DNA of 64,000 bases. It comes from Candidatus Melainabacteria bacterium 17Bon1m. Lineage in GTDB: Bacteria > Cyanobacteriota > Vampirovibrionia > Obscuribacterales > Obscuribacteraceae. The stretch is from positions 1 to 64,000 of the forward strand of contig JAVLKG010000018.1 of NCBI GenBank assembly GCA_032128875.1. The letters are read 5' to 3'. Below are positions 9,496 to 19,930 of the stretch, piece by piece. The first letter of the stretch is position 1, and each line of letters begins with the position of its first letter. The position numbers and the translations under genes were made by a program. A model generated the notes under the pieces. It saw only the letters and a program-made list of their open reading frames with translations. It had not been told where the DNA came from and made no database searches.

Positions 9496-9597
9496 GACCG
9501 CCGGCGGGCAGCTGGCAATTGGCACCCCCGGCTTCCTGCCGGCAATTGGGACCGCCGGCTGCCAGCCGGCAGCGGGCGGCATGAATGCCGCCCCTAC
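9496..9597. repeat. REP-like cluster: three tandem ~27-bp palindromic units plus a GTAG-type REP
   Basis: Units resemble GGGACCGCCGGCTGCCAGCCGGCAATT. They are followed by GGGCGGCATGAATGCCGCCC-CTAC, which is GTAG plus a palindrome on the minus strand. Confidence 0.7.
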
Positions 9598-9801
9598 AGC
9601 AAAGACTTTCGCTGTATTTCCCCTCGCCACCACAGCGAAGACCTTCACTGCATTTGACTAAAAATTGCCCAACTGATATCGATCGATGTGTGATCGCGCG
9701 TGGATCTATATCCAAAATATCTATCGCGTCAAAGTCTGTGAACCCTCTAATCTAGGGCGTTTCCGTACTTATCTATAGGTAGAAAATCGCTCCAAACTAG
9801 A

Positions 9802-11490
9802 TTAGGTACGTTTCAGTTCTGACACGTCAATATAGTCGATTACTCCGGCTGCGTCTGAATCCATGCCGCCTGGACCAGTCAGTGTTTTCTTGGTCCACTT
9901 GGGGCTTACTTCCATGCTTGCTTTGAGGTGCAGGTCCTTGTCGCCTGGGAAGACGTTTTCCTTCTGCAGAACCTTCTTGCCGTCAACGTACTGGACAACA
10001 TCTCCTTTGCCTGTTTTTTCGTTTGGCGTGATTACTACTGTGTAGGTGTGGAATTGCCCGTCATTGAAGTCGATGTCTTTCGGGTGCGCACCGCCACCGT
10101 AGTTGTCTTTGGATTTGCCGGTCGCCATGTCTTTGACAGGGTAGTGAATGGCAATGTCGGCGCCGCCGCCTTCTGCTGCGTCATATTCGATAGTGTCGCC
10201 CTTCACCTCGCCCTTTGACGGGTCGGCCGCCCAACGTTCGGTCATGATCCAAAGTGCGTTGAATTTTGCTCCGTCGCGTGTTGGGTGTTTCGCCCGGACT
10301 TCCACCACCACGCCCTCTGGATGGTCTTTGAGGTTGAAGTTCAGCCCGTCAGTCGTGTGCATAGAGCCTTTGGTGTAATTGACGTACTCTTTTGCGACCG
10401 GATCGTATGTTTTTTCGCGCTCTGGAAATAGTTGCAGATGCCCCTTCCCGTCCTGCACGGTGTTTTTGACGTCGATGATGCCATCTTCATCAATGCTGGG
10501 TCCGCGCTGGCGCGTTTTGCCGTCGGCACCTATGTGTGCAGTGTCGAAAACCTTCTGGTTCGGCATCTCGCCGCGCGCGCCGTTGAAATCGTCGCGGAAA
10601 ATTGTTCGTCCCCGAACTACGGGTGTATCCTCGTAGCGAGAGCCGCTTGGGCTGTCGCTGCTGTTATTTCCTTTGTCGTTGCTGTTATTTCCTTTGTCGG
10701 TGTTGGAATTACCGCTATCGTTGCCGGTGTTTCCTCTGTCCTCGCCTCCTTTCGAATCGGAACCAGAGCTGGAATTGTTTTTGGAATCGTTATTGGAACC
10801 GCTATTGGAATCGTTGTTAGAACTGCTATTGGAACCGTTATCTCTCGGTGTTGAAGGCTGCTGCGGTCTGGGGCGTGCAGGTCTCGGAGTTGCAGGAACA
10901 TCCCTACCATGGTTTGCGTAACCGGAATCTGGACCAGGCGTGGGCATGTCGTAGCCACCAGACCCGGTATCACTATATCCGCCGGAGTTGCCGCCGCCAT
11001 AGTTTGAATCACCGCCTCCAGCATAATTTTGCTGCAGGAGTCGGCTGTAAATCATGCAAAGTTGAACTATTGCTCTCACGAAATTTTGAAATGCCTGTTG
11101 CATTTGCATTGCTTGTTCTTGTCTTTCTTGCGCTTCATGCGATTCGTATCTTCGTCCGTCCCACTCTGTGGTTTGTTTATTGCTGGTGTCAATGTAGGAG
11201 ATCTTGCCAGCGCCGTCGTTAGTCAGAATGACTTTGTCTTGAGGACCATCGCCTCTGCGTATTTCAACAGCTCTGTTGTTTTGGGGAGCTGTCGATGTTT
11301 GTGGCAAGCTATCTGCGAAGTCGAGAAATGCGGGCTCAGCAGACCGGCTTGAGGTCAGTGTGTCTGATGTTTTGCCAAAACCTTGGTTAGCGGCGCGCAT
11401 CTCAGAATTCCAGTCGAAGAAGCTCTGATTGGAATTTTGCGAACCTGTGGTTGTGTTGTCACCGCGGTCAAACGAGTGAATTAGTGCCAT
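9802..11490 (-). CDS. Protein with low-complexity N-terminal half and C-terminal GH16 glycoside hydrolase domain
   Basis: IFRDDFNG, ALWIM, catalytic-type EYDAAE (ExDxxE), FHTYTV, YVDG, IDYIDV. Long Ser/Asn/Gly/Pro linker; no signal peptide. Confidence 0.75.
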   Translation of the reverse strand: MALIHSFDRGDNTTTGSQNSNQSFFDWNSEMRAANQGFGKTSDTLTSSRSAEPAFLDFADSLPQTSTAPQNNRAVEIRRGDGPQDKVILTNDGAGKISYIDTSNKQTTEWDGRRYESHEAQERQEQAMQMQQAFQNFVRAIVQLCMIYSRLLQQNYAGGGDSNYGGGNSGGYSDTGSGGYDMPTPGPDSGYANHGRDVPATPRPARPRPQQPSTPRDNGSNSSSNNDSNSGSNNDSKNNSSSGSDSKGGEDRGNTGNDSGNSNTDKGNNSNDKGNNSSDSPSGSRYEDTPVVRGRTIFRDDFNGARGEMPNQKVFDTAHIGADGKTRQRGPSIDEDGIIDVKNTVQDGKGHLQLFPEREKTYDPVAKEYVNYTKGSMHTTDGLNFNLKDHPEGVVVEVRAKHPTRDGAKFNALWIMTERWAADPSKGEVKGDTIEYDAAEGGGADIAIHYPVKDMATGKSKDNYGGGAHPKDIDFNDGQFHTYTVVITPNEKTGKGDVVQYVDGKKVLQKENVFPGDKDLHLKASMEVSPKWTKKTLTGPGGMDSDAAGVIDYIDVSELKRT

Positions 11491-11868
11491 GGGGTGCGTG
11501 CCTCACGAATTCAGGGTTTGGATTTGTTAGTAAATTGACCGGCGCAAAACTGCCACGCTTTGCGTAGTCTTTGTGCTGCCGTCGAAGGGCGAACGGTTAC
11601 CGGTTGTGCCGGTGGGCGGAATTACTTAGTTCGAAGGAGCGATTTTGGGATGATATCGGTGAAGTATGACCGGCTTGTGACAACGGCAGGGCATAGGTTT
11701 CCGGGTTTCGACTGTGGCAGAAAAATAACAGAAGCTGCCATTTTTGACACAAAGTTCTTTGTCCTGGCAAAAGCGCCAATAGTTTGTCACAAGTCTTCGA
11801 TATTGTTTTTCCACAAGCCTGAAAGCCACCAGGCACTCCCCGCTTCTACTTACTAAAGGTCCATCCCC

Positions 11869-12966
11869 ATGACCCTAGAACAAGAGACGCCCAGCGGCGT
11901 CGAGCGTAGCGCTGCCGATTTTCGGAATATAGATTTCTCCTCCGCATATAACGATGTTTCTTTAAGTACGCAAAGAACTGCGCTTGAAGAGATGCGTGGT
12001 AATGCCTCGCCTTCCGCCACTTATCTTCCTGAAATGCAAATAGTCGGCTTTGACAGCGCGCCGGCAACTGCCGTACCTACGGCTAAAGTAGAGGCTTCTG
12101 TCTCTCCATCTGCAGAACTTCGTGATACAGGGGCGCTCGCGACTGCTCGCGACTATTGGAATGACTATGAAGATGAAGGCGTTAACGAAGGGGGCTTGGG
12201 TGGATTTGCGAAATACGCCTGGGGGCGCGCCATGAATGCGGTTGTTGATGGCGTGCAAATGGCTAAAGATGCGCGTGAGTATTGGAGTGATGCGGAGCGC
12301 AACGCGAGTGGCGCTGGTGAAGCCGTTTTTGCCGGAGTAATGCACGATATTTTGCTGCCTGCTGCTGTGCTCGACCACCTTGGTGCCGCGACAAATGAAG
12401 TGTCCTCTGTCAACTTCAATCAGGTGGAAAATGGCTTGAGCAGTGGTGTTTTAAAGGAGTCATATGCAAGACCAGAAGATGTGATGAATACTGTGCTTTG
12501 GTTGGATCAGCAAATACCGCGCGACGGCACGGCAAAGACAGAAGATCGTCGCACTGCTCTGCTTGTTTCCCTGGCGCATACTGAAGCGCAGAAACAGACT
12601 TTAGATCCGTTGCAACAAGAGGAAATTGCATACGACCGCCTCTTCCAGCTGCGTGTCGGGCTTTCGATGCATGCGGATAACTTGCCGACGCCCATGCGGG
12701 GGCGGGAGTTGGATCCTGATATTGCCGCTGCCGAGCACTTCTTTGAGGTTTCAAAACGCGTCGCTGCCGATACCATGGAAATCGGTAGCACGGAAGTTTG
12801 GGCAAATCGTTATGTGACTGCACCCGCATGGGCAACTATCGGCGCCGGTTATGCCTGGGCAAAACGTGTTGGAATTCTCGGTGGTTCTGAAGCTGGAGAG
12901 CATCAGACATCATGGGAGTTGGCGGGCATCATGCGCGGCTGGGAAATCAACTCGCGTGGGAAGTAG
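11869..12966 (+). CDS. Hypothetical protein
   Basis: 365-aa ORF with a plausible SD (AAAGG); no recognised family. Confidence 0.7.
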   Translation: MTLEQETPSGVERSAADFRNIDFSSAYNDVSLSTQRTALEEMRGNASPSATYLPEMQIVGFDSAPATAVPTAKVEASVSPSAELRDTGALATARDYWNDYEDEGVNEGGLGGFAKYAWGRAMNAVVDGVQMAKDAREYWSDAERNASGAGEAVFAGVMHDILLPAAVLDHLGAATNEVSSVNFNQVENGLSSGVLKESYARPEDVMNTVLWLDQQIPRDGTAKTEDRRTALLVSLAHTEAQKQTLDPLQQEEIAYDRLFQLRVGLSMHADNLPTPMRGRELDPDIAAAEHFFEVSKRVAADTMEIGSTEVWANRYVTAPAWATIGAGYAWAKRVGILGGSEAGEHQTSWELAGIMRGWEINSRGK

Positions 12967-13060
12967 GCGGTTGGGAAGATTCCCATCCGAATTTCAAAAC
13001 ATTTTGAAAATTCGCCACTTACTATCCTCGTGTCGGTAGGGCGCAAGGAGCGCGATTCTA

Positions 13061-13714
13061 ATGAGTTTTGAACAAGGTTTTAAAAGTGACAGTGGCTGTG
13101 TATCTTCACCATCCATGATTCATGAAGCGATGGATCATGTGAAGACGACCTGGTCGAATGTGCTGCATGGAAAAGCGTCAACAACTGAATATCTTGAAGC
13201 TGCTGCAGAAGTGATTGTTGTTGCGGCAGGAGCGATCGCTCTAAAACAAGGAGGCAAGATGCTTGCCTCGCGCTTCGGGGCTTCGGAAGACATTGTTGCT
13301 CGACAAATTCGCCAAAATTACGAGACAATGCGTGAGACAGAGAGAGCTGTCGTCAAGGAAATTAGAGCGGCAGCAAAGGCCAATGCTGAGTATCTTAAAA
13401 CAGCAAAAAGAACCCCTGACGGCGCAATTATTGTTGACTGGATGCCTGGCCAATGGACTGTGAGTAGTGGACCTGGGAACACATTCGGGCTTGGGCAGCC
13501 GTCTGCGTATGACAAAGTCAAACTTGCGGCCACCCAACGATCGGACTTTGCAAATATTCCGAGTGATTCGGCGCTGTTCAAACTGCGAACTGTAGCCGCC
13601 GATGCAGTGAAGTATAAGGACAAGGACAATCTGGCAATGCACTCAGGAGTTGGACAGGGTTTGTTGTCTGCGTTGAGTAGCAATCCTCCATCAAAGTTGA
13701 AAATATCAGGCTAA
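13061..13714 (+). CDS. Hypothetical protein with one hydrophobic segment
   Basis: 217-aa ORF, AAGGAG SD, hydrophobic stretch AAAEVIVVAAGAIAL. Confidence 0.65.
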   Translation: MSFEQGFKSDSGCVSSPSMIHEAMDHVKTTWSNVLHGKASTTEYLEAAAEVIVVAAGAIALKQGGKMLASRFGASEDIVARQIRQNYETMRETERAVVKEIRAAAKANAEYLKTAKRTPDGAIIVDWMPGQWTVSSGPGNTFGLGQPSAYDKVKLAATQRSDFANIPSDSALFKLRTVAADAVKYKDKDNLAMHSGVGQGLLSALSSNPPSKLKISG

Positions 13715-13773
13715 TTCCAGGACAAACCAGACCAGGTTCTGTACACTAAAAGACACTTCCGGCTCGAAAGTGT

Positions 13774-14571
13774 TTGCGCGTGAAAACCATAGAAAAAGTT
13801 GTTGCACTGGCTCTTCTTTTGTGTGGTTTCAGCCCGCTTTACCTCAATCCGGCTCTTGCGCAACTACAATCCACAAAAGAGCGCTTGACCGAAACGGACT
13901 TGGCAAAGGAAAAAAAATCACGCACCGCACAGCCGCCTAGGGCGAGTTATTCACGCCTTCTTGATACTTCGGTTGCGCTCTCTCGTGAATATCTGGATAA
14001 AAACATCCACGTTTGTAGCTTGTCAATTCAGCGCAATCCTAATTACGTTGAAGGGTACATGGTCCGTGGTTTGAGTTATTGGCGACTTGAGGATTCAGCG
14101 CATGCAAGTTGCGATTTAGAAAAAGCCTTCAGCCTCTCTCCGAATTTAGCAACGCCAGAGATGCTGCGCATCTTGGCAGAGTGCTTTGCGGAAGAAAACA
14201 AAAATGAGAAAGCGATAAAAGCGCTGACCACCGCAATTAACATGGGGAATCCAACAGGTTTGTTATATTTGCGCCGCGCTCAAGCCTATTCCCAGGCGAA
14301 AAACTTTGAGTCTGCGTTTCAAGATGCGCAAAAGGTCGTTGCGATGAATCCCCATAAGAGGTGGGCGCTAGAGTTGAGAGGGCATTTGGGCATGAGTGCC
14401 GGCAAGTATGCGCTTGCTGCTCGTGACTTCACTGAATGCATAAAACTTTCACCAGAGGAAGGCAAGCTCTATGCGAATAGAGCAAATGCGTATGACGCGC
14501 TAGGTAAGAAAAGTGAAGCGCTTGCAGATAGGAAAAAACGTGATTCGCTGAATTCTGTTTTGGGCTATTGA
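13774..14571 (+). CDS. Exported TPR-repeat protein
   Basis: Signal-like N-terminus and repeated TPR signatures (GYMVRGLSY, LYLRRAQAY, LYANRANAY). Overlaps the start of the kinase gene. Confidence 0.8.
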   Translation: MRVKTIEKVVALALLLCGFSPLYLNPALAQLQSTKERLTETDLAKEKKSRTAQPPRASYSRLLDTSVALSREYLDKNIHVCSLSIQRNPNYVEGYMVRGLSYWRLEDSAHASCDLEKAFSLSPNLATPEMLRILAECFAEENKNEKAIKALTTAINMGNPTGLLYLRRAQAYSQAKNFESAFQDAQKVVAMNPHKRWALELRGHLGMSAGKYALAARDFTECIKLSPEEGKLYANRANAYDALGKKSEALADRKKRDSLNSVLGY

Positions 14572-17552
14572 AGATGAACCGCGCTGCTCGTCCGTTACCG
14601 AGATACAGACCCTCTGTTTTTCGGCATGGCTTGCTTTTGGTTTTGATACCGGGCATTTTGAGCAGTATTTTCCTTATTGCGCTCAATCAATTTTGGATGG
14701 CGACATCTACCGTTGCTCGAGAAGAGCAGGTACACAGCAACTCTGTGTTGGATATAGCCATAAGCTTCAATGCCCTTGTCACCTACTGCTACGACATCAT
14801 GACTCTCAGCTTTGATCGCGTTCTGAGTTTGGAACAGCGCACAGAGACGGACAAAAAGGCGTTTCTGATTTCGCTTGAGCGAATTGATAAAACGAAGAAA
14901 GACAGCAAAAAGGAAATTGCCTTTGACAATTTTCGAAACTACGCATTAATGCTGAAAGCGCATGCAGAGAAGCTTTCGGAGCAAATGTCCAATGAGAGTT
15001 TTGATAGTAATATCAACAGATTCATTCGATATAAAGGGCTGATGGCTAAAGGTGTTGCACTGGCAGAGTCGCTCAGCAATTTTTTTCGGGACGAAACTGA
15101 GGAGTTGAAAGAGTTACGACAACAGCTGCAAGTGCGAAGAAATGAACTCAACCTTGTATCAGCATTCGGGATACCAGCGATTTTTTTTGCATCGCTTCTA
15201 TCCCTATATATTTTTGCCAGAAGCATTTTTTTGCGAATAAGAGCGCTTGCTGCAAGCGCCTCAGCCTTTCCTAATCTGCCGGAGCGAAGGCGCTCAGAAG
15301 CAGTTTTAGACGAGTTTGGTTATGTTGATGAGGTAATTTCCGAAGCAGCCGAAGACCTTCGGAATGCCTCTGAGCGGCGTCAGGCATTCGTCCAGATGCT
15401 AGCTCACGATATGCGGTCTCCCCTTATGGCTACGCAGGTCTATGTAGATGTTCTGCAAGAGATGCATCATGTGAACCTGTCTGAGCAAGGAAGGCAAATG
15501 TGTAGGTCGGTCAAAGATAATCTCACAAATGTGCACGATTTCGTTACTGACTTGCTTACCGCCGAAAAGCTTGAATGTGAGCCCATCGAGCTGAGCTTGA
15601 TCGAGCTCTCTCTGAATAACCTCGTTGATGATGCGCTGGGCTCTGTAATGGAGCCGGCCGACGAGAAAGACGTCGCCATTGAGTATGACGGCGCTGAGGT
15701 ATTTGTCCGCGCGGACAGGGAGTATCTTTTGCAGGCGCTTGTTTGTTTTCTGAAAGCCGTACTGCAAGCGGCGCCGCACGGTAGCATCATTTCCTTGCTT
15801 ACCTCCATTCACGAAGGCAATGTTACCTTGACCTTCGCCGCTTCGTGCGACAGTGATGAGGAAATTGAAGATCTGTTCGATCCTCTGCTCGCGCTGGGAA
15901 ATGACAATTCTTTTCAAATATCCGGCTGTGGACTGAATTTAAGGATTGGGCGTTTGATCGCCGAGGCACATTCGGGCAGTGTGGGTGGAAGGAAAACCTC
16001 ACAAACTCATCGAGATTTGTGGCTGAAATTGCCCTTGCCTGAATCGCGAGCAGTGCTCAAAACTGGTTCAAGCAGTGCAGATTCGTCATCCACCATGCTT
16101 GGCTATGGCTGGCGCGATCTTCTGAGCTCCTACAGCTTTCGCAATTGTGCTCTGGTTTTTCTTGCCGCTCTTATCCTTCAGTCTGTGTGGATTTTATGGC
16201 TGGGCAGTCGAATCGAAGAAGCGCGAAAGTTGTCTGTTCAAGCGGCACGCCAAACGGATACGGTCTTTGGTTTGAACAAATTATGGTTAGATCTGTTTCT
16301 CGCCAATAATGCAATGGGCTTTTATCTTGCGACCAAAGACCAGGCTAATCGAGTTCTTGCCAAGGAAAATTTAAAGAGCGCTGAAGAACTGGTCGGTTCA
16401 CTGAATCAGCTCTTTTACGGCAGAGCCGAAGAGTCTGGAACTTGGTCTGATGTTCGATCTTTTGTTTTAGAAGAACTTTCCGCATTGAAGAGCATGGATG
16501 CACAGAGTGAAGAAGAACAAGTGGCCGCGGACCTCGGCATTCTTGGAAGGCGAATTGAACGCGCCAGCGAATTGAATGCACTCATGCACACTCTGAGCGA
16601 CTTTGAGTTGGGGCGTCTTAACTCGATGCGTCTCAAGCAAGGCAATTTGCGCGAAAGATTTCAGAGCATCATCTTGCTTGCTGTTTTCAGCAATTTACTT
16701 ACAACCTTGGGATTGCTTTGGCTCTTTAGCCGCACCATCTCGTTTAGATTGGACATGCTGGTAAAAGTCGCCAGGCAAATTCCTTCTCGTCTGCCAATTA
16801 ATCAGATGATCAGCGGAAAGGACGAGATTTATCAGATTTATTGGCTTCTATGCAGGGCTGCGCTGAATTTGAAGGATGCTTTTGACCAACGCAAAGTGAT
16901 GATGAATTTGCTGTCCGCCAATATCGGAAAGCCGCTGGCCAGCGTGCAGGCAGACCTTTCCAGGCTTAGCGAAATTCTGCCGGACGACATCTCGGAGAAG
17001 AGTCGCGTCAATCTAAAGTCGGCAAGCGAAAATATCAAACGGCTTCTTGCCCTTGTTGAAGACTTACTCTTGCTGGACGAGTTGGAGCTCGGCGATTTAA
17101 GAATCGAAAAGAGTTTGTGTTCCGCTCACGAGATTGTAGATGCATCCATAAATTCCGTGGGAGGAATAGCCCTCAGGAAAGACATCACCATAGTCAATGA
17201 ATGTGCTGAGTTTGAGATCGAAGCGGATAGAAAGCGGCTTATCCAGGTGTTGGTCAATTTGCTAGGCAACGCAGTCAAATTCTCACCGAGAAATTCGCGC
17301 ATCCGCGTCGAAGGAGGGCTGTACGACGGGAAGTTTCGTATCGCGGTGGCGGATGAAGGTCCGGGTATCAGCAAGGAAGACCTGGACAAAGTTTTTGCTC
17401 GCTTTTATCAAATGCAGGAGCACAAGAAGCAGGGCTTCGGTCTCGGGCTGTCCATTTGCGTTTTAATAGTGCGCTCTCACGGCGGTGAGATAACAGCTGA
17501 GAGTGAAGTCGGCAAGGGAAGCAAATTCATTCTTACTCTGCCTGTGAGCTGA
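14568..17552 (+). CDS. Membrane sensor histidine kinase with two tandem sensor-HisKA-HATPase modules
   Basis: Module 1 has H-box LAHDMRSPL and a degenerate ATPase. Module 2 has a His-less box (LSANIGKPL) and intact NLLGNAVKF, DEGPG, GFGLGL. Four TM segments. Confidence 0.88.
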   Translation: MKMNRAARPLPRYRPSVFRHGLLLVLIPGILSSIFLIALNQFWMATSTVAREEQVHSNSVLDIAISFNALVTYCYDIMTLSFDRVLSLEQRTETDKKAFLISLERIDKTKKDSKKEIAFDNFRNYALMLKAHAEKLSEQMSNESFDSNINRFIRYKGLMAKGVALAESLSNFFRDETEELKELRQQLQVRRNELNLVSAFGIPAIFFASLLSLYIFARSIFLRIRALAASASAFPNLPERRRSEAVLDEFGYVDEVISEAAEDLRNASERRQAFVQMLAHDMRSPLMATQVYVDVLQEMHHVNLSEQGRQMCRSVKDNLTNVHDFVTDLLTAEKLECEPIELSLIELSLNNLVDDALGSVMEPADEKDVAIEYDGAEVFVRADREYLLQALVCFLKAVLQAAPHGSIISLLTSIHEGNVTLTFAASCDSDEEIEDLFDPLLALGNDNSFQISGCGLNLRIGRLIAEAHSGSVGGRKTSQTHRDLWLKLPLPESRAVLKTGSSSADSSSTMLGYGWRDLLSSYSFRNCALVFLAALILQSVWILWLGSRIEEARKLSVQAARQTDTVFGLNKLWLDLFLANNAMGFYLATKDQANRVLAKENLKSAEELVGSLNQLFYGRAEESGTWSDVRSFVLEELSALKSMDAQSEEEQVAADLGILGRRIERASELNALMHTLSDFELGRLNSMRLKQGNLRERFQSIILLAVFSNLLTTLGLLWLFSRTISFRLDMLVKVARQIPSRLPINQMISGKDEIYQIYWLLCRAALNLKDAFDQRKVMMNLLSANIGKPLASVQADLSRLSEILPDDISEKSRVNLKSASENIKRLLALVEDLLLLDELELGDLRIEKSLCSAHEIVDASINSVGGIALRKDITIVNECAEFEIEADRKRLIQVLVNLLGNAVKFSPRNSRIRVEGGLYDGKFRIAVADEGPGISKEDLDKVFARFYQMQEHKKQGFGLGLSICVLIVRSHGGEITAESEVGKGSKFILTLPVS

Positions 17553-17574
17553 TTGTCACAGAGAGAGACTTTGC

Positions 17575-18252
17575 TCATTTAGTGGCTTCAATCGTATAGC
17601 CGGAGCCAAGAACAGTCTTTACGAAGTCTTCTTTTCCTATCTTGGCTAATTGCTGACGCAAAGTGCCCATCCAGGTTCGCACCGAATTGGTTGTGCCATT
17701 GCTTTCCGACGTCCACACAGCATCCAGCAAATTTTGAGCAGTAAAGGTTTTGTTCGGATGCCGCATCAAATACTCTAAGAGCGCGCATTCTTTGGCTCTC
17801 AATTTGACCTCTTTTCCGTCTGCCTTAGCCAATCGCTGTTCGGGCAACAATTCCAGTCCATCGATGTTGAGGTTTTCTACAAATTGAGTCGAGACTCTGC
17901 GCAAAAGCCCTTTCAGCCGAGCTGTCAATTCGCGAATATCGAAAGGTTTAACCATGTAGTCGTCAGCCCCAGAGTTGAAGCCGGTTTCTAAAAAGGAAAT
18001 ATCGTTTCTGCCGGTGAGAAACATAACCGGCGTGCTACCGCCGCGAGATCGATAAAGCCTGCAAAGCTCATCGCCCTCTATACCTGGCAGTCCCCAATCA
18101 AGCACAATAACGTCGTATTGAAAGTTTTTCAGCAGCTGTATTGCATCTTCGCCAGTGGCGGCTGTTTCAACCGTATGACCCTGCAACACCAGAAAGTTTT
18201 GCACTGCGTTGCAAAGCTCGAGATCATCATCAACAAGAAGAATTTTGGCCAC
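17575..18252 (-). CDS. OmpR/PhoB-family response regulator
   Basis: KILLVDDD, LDWGLP, FLTG, GADDYMVKPF, winged-helix C-terminus (TVLGSGY). Confidence 0.93.
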   Translation of the reverse strand: MAKILLVDDDLELCNAVQNFLVLQGHTVETAATGEDAIQLLKNFQYDVIVLDWGLPGIEGDELCRLYRSRGGSTPVMFLTGRNDISFLETGFNSGADDYMVKPFDIRELTARLKGLLRRVSTQFVENLNIDGLELLPEQRLAKADGKEVKLRAKECALLEYLMRHPNKTFTAQNLLDAVWTSESNGTTNSVRTWMGTLRQQLAKIGKEDFVKTVLGSGYTIEATK

Positions 18253-18513
18253 TGTGCTAAAGCCTCAATCGGCGACAGGTTTATGTTATCAAACTGTTTT
18301 GCCCAGGCAGGTTTTTTGTTGTGCATTAATGAAAAATCGGTTCTTTTTGTCCGGTTTCTAATCGGAACCCAAAGTCGAAGCGCTCTGCCAGCCGAAGCTC
18401 TCAGTCAGCCTGGGTTGTAAAGGTTGGCACCTTGAGGTAATCAGTCACAAGAACGACGTTTTGCAATGAGAGCGCTGCCATTATCTGCCAAACAGCTTGG
18501 CGGGTGGGGCATT

Positions 18514-19875
18514 ATGGCATCAAAGGGAATCAAATTACTGTCGTTATCAATGGCAGCATCGGTGGCATTTTCAACCTTGACACCGGTGTCGGGACAGGAA
18601 GTTGCTACAGATGTAGAGTTGCGCGGCAGCGCTTCGCATGGTAGCGATGTGTCGTCGCTCGAAGGGATAGACCGTAAAATACTTGCAAAGGAAATGGAGC
18701 TTTTGCGGTTGAACGCTGAGTTTCGAACGCACTATCTGGGTCCGCAGAAGTGGAAAAAGCGGCGGCAAAAATTTTATGATGCCACAGGTGGTGCCATTGC
18801 CAATGCCGGCGACGTTACTTTGATGAGCCAGTTTTACCGATATTGGAAAAACCCTGGGGACGGGCTAGCTCACAAGGGGCGTCTGGAAGCTGGTCCAATT
18901 ATTGTTATGGTCGCATACCTCACCTTGGGCGGCTTATATGCAGCTGAAGGAGCTTATGATCTCGTGTCCGATTACCGATCGACGCGCAAAGGAATGGACG
19001 CGCATTCCGTCTACAAGCGGGCTTTTGCCCTAAAGGGCGAAATGGACAGTCTACTCACTGAGAGAAATCAGACTGCCGGAGGCACATCTCAGTCTGTAGT
19101 CAGCCTTGCTGAAGAGAAGGTATTGAGAGATATCAGGGACCTGGCATTGCTGGAATTTTCGCGGGTTTATGTTGATTCGAGGAAGTTGAAGGCGACTCGA
19201 GATCTAACTACTCTCGGCACCATCGCAGTTTGTGGCACTGGAGCATTTCCCGGCGCGCTAGGTGTCGTCAGAGGGCTGAGAAATATCAATCTCAAGCAGG
19301 TGGGAGGCGGTGGGATAGGTTTTCTCATCTCCGGAAGCACTCTCACGGCAGCGCCTGTTTTAATTCACGGCGGAGCTTATATCACAGGCAAGATTTCCGC
19401 CGCCAAGTTGGAAAAAGCCTTAGCGGATGCAAACGTCAAATCCGCCGCAACCCTAGATAAAGACATTCGCCGCCTGGTGCAAGTGGGCGGCTCGGACAAT
19501 CAGAATTACACCGCATTTTCAAAATTGCTTGCCGATCGGCAAAAATTACTGGATAAAGAGAAAAATAGACACAAGTGGGAGGTTCTGGAAAGCTTGGCCT
19601 CATATGCCGCTAAAGGCGGGCCGCAAATTGCTTTTGGAACAATGCTAACGAGAGCCGGATATAAATACTACACAGATCCTGTTAACGCTTTTCGTGGAGT
19701 TGCACGTTCTGCCGTTGTAAATGAGGTGAGCTGGGGCAACTGGATGCTTGATGTCGTGCAAAAAGGAACTCGAGACGAGATCTATAATTTTAGGCAAGGC
19801 AAGATCGCACCGGCTGATGCTCCATTCAGCTTGAAAAACACGGATCTTGTGCAATTGGAGAACACATTAAAATAG
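18514..19875 (+). CDS. Hypothetical exported/membrane protein
   Basis: Long ORF with signal-peptide-like MASKGIKLLSLSMAASVAF and Gly-rich hydrophobic segments. The start is uncertain (18466 is possible). Confidence 0.75.
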   Translation: MASKGIKLLSLSMAASVAFSTLTPVSGQEVATDVELRGSASHGSDVSSLEGIDRKILAKEMELLRLNAEFRTHYLGPQKWKKRRQKFYDATGGAIANAGDVTLMSQFYRYWKNPGDGLAHKGRLEAGPIIVMVAYLTLGGLYAAEGAYDLVSDYRSTRKGMDAHSVYKRAFALKGEMDSLLTERNQTAGGTSQSVVSLAEEKVLRDIRDLALLEFSRVYVDSRKLKATRDLTTLGTIAVCGTGAFPGALGVVRGLRNINLKQVGGGGIGFLISGSTLTAAPVLIHGGAYITGKISAAKLEKALADANVKSAATLDKDIRRLVQVGGSDNQNYTAFSKLLADRQKLLDKEKNRHKWEVLESLASYAAKGGPQIAFGTMLTRAGYKYYTDPVNAFRGVARSAVVNEVSWGNWMLDVVQKGTRDEIYNFRQGKIAPADAPFSLKNTDLVQLENTLK

Positions 19876-19897
19876 CTTTGAAGCCAGATTTGAAGGC

Positions 19898-19930
19898 AAA
19901 AGTGCGCTGCAGTCATTGCAGCGCACTTTG
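19898..19930 (+). terminator. Hairpin terminator after the 18514 gene
   Basis: AAAGTGCGCTGCA-GTCAT-TGCAGCGCACTTT followed by T-rich sequence. Confidence 0.65.

Noticed and set aside
9653-9690. Partial TTTGAY boxes (9653, 43301, 47720, 50150)
   Set aside because: The second half-site, spacing or -10 does not fit, so they are not counted.
13715-13748. Second possible regulator site (GGAC..AGAC-N9-TACACT, similar to 59041-59070)
   Set aside because: Only two loosely similar instances with different spacing.
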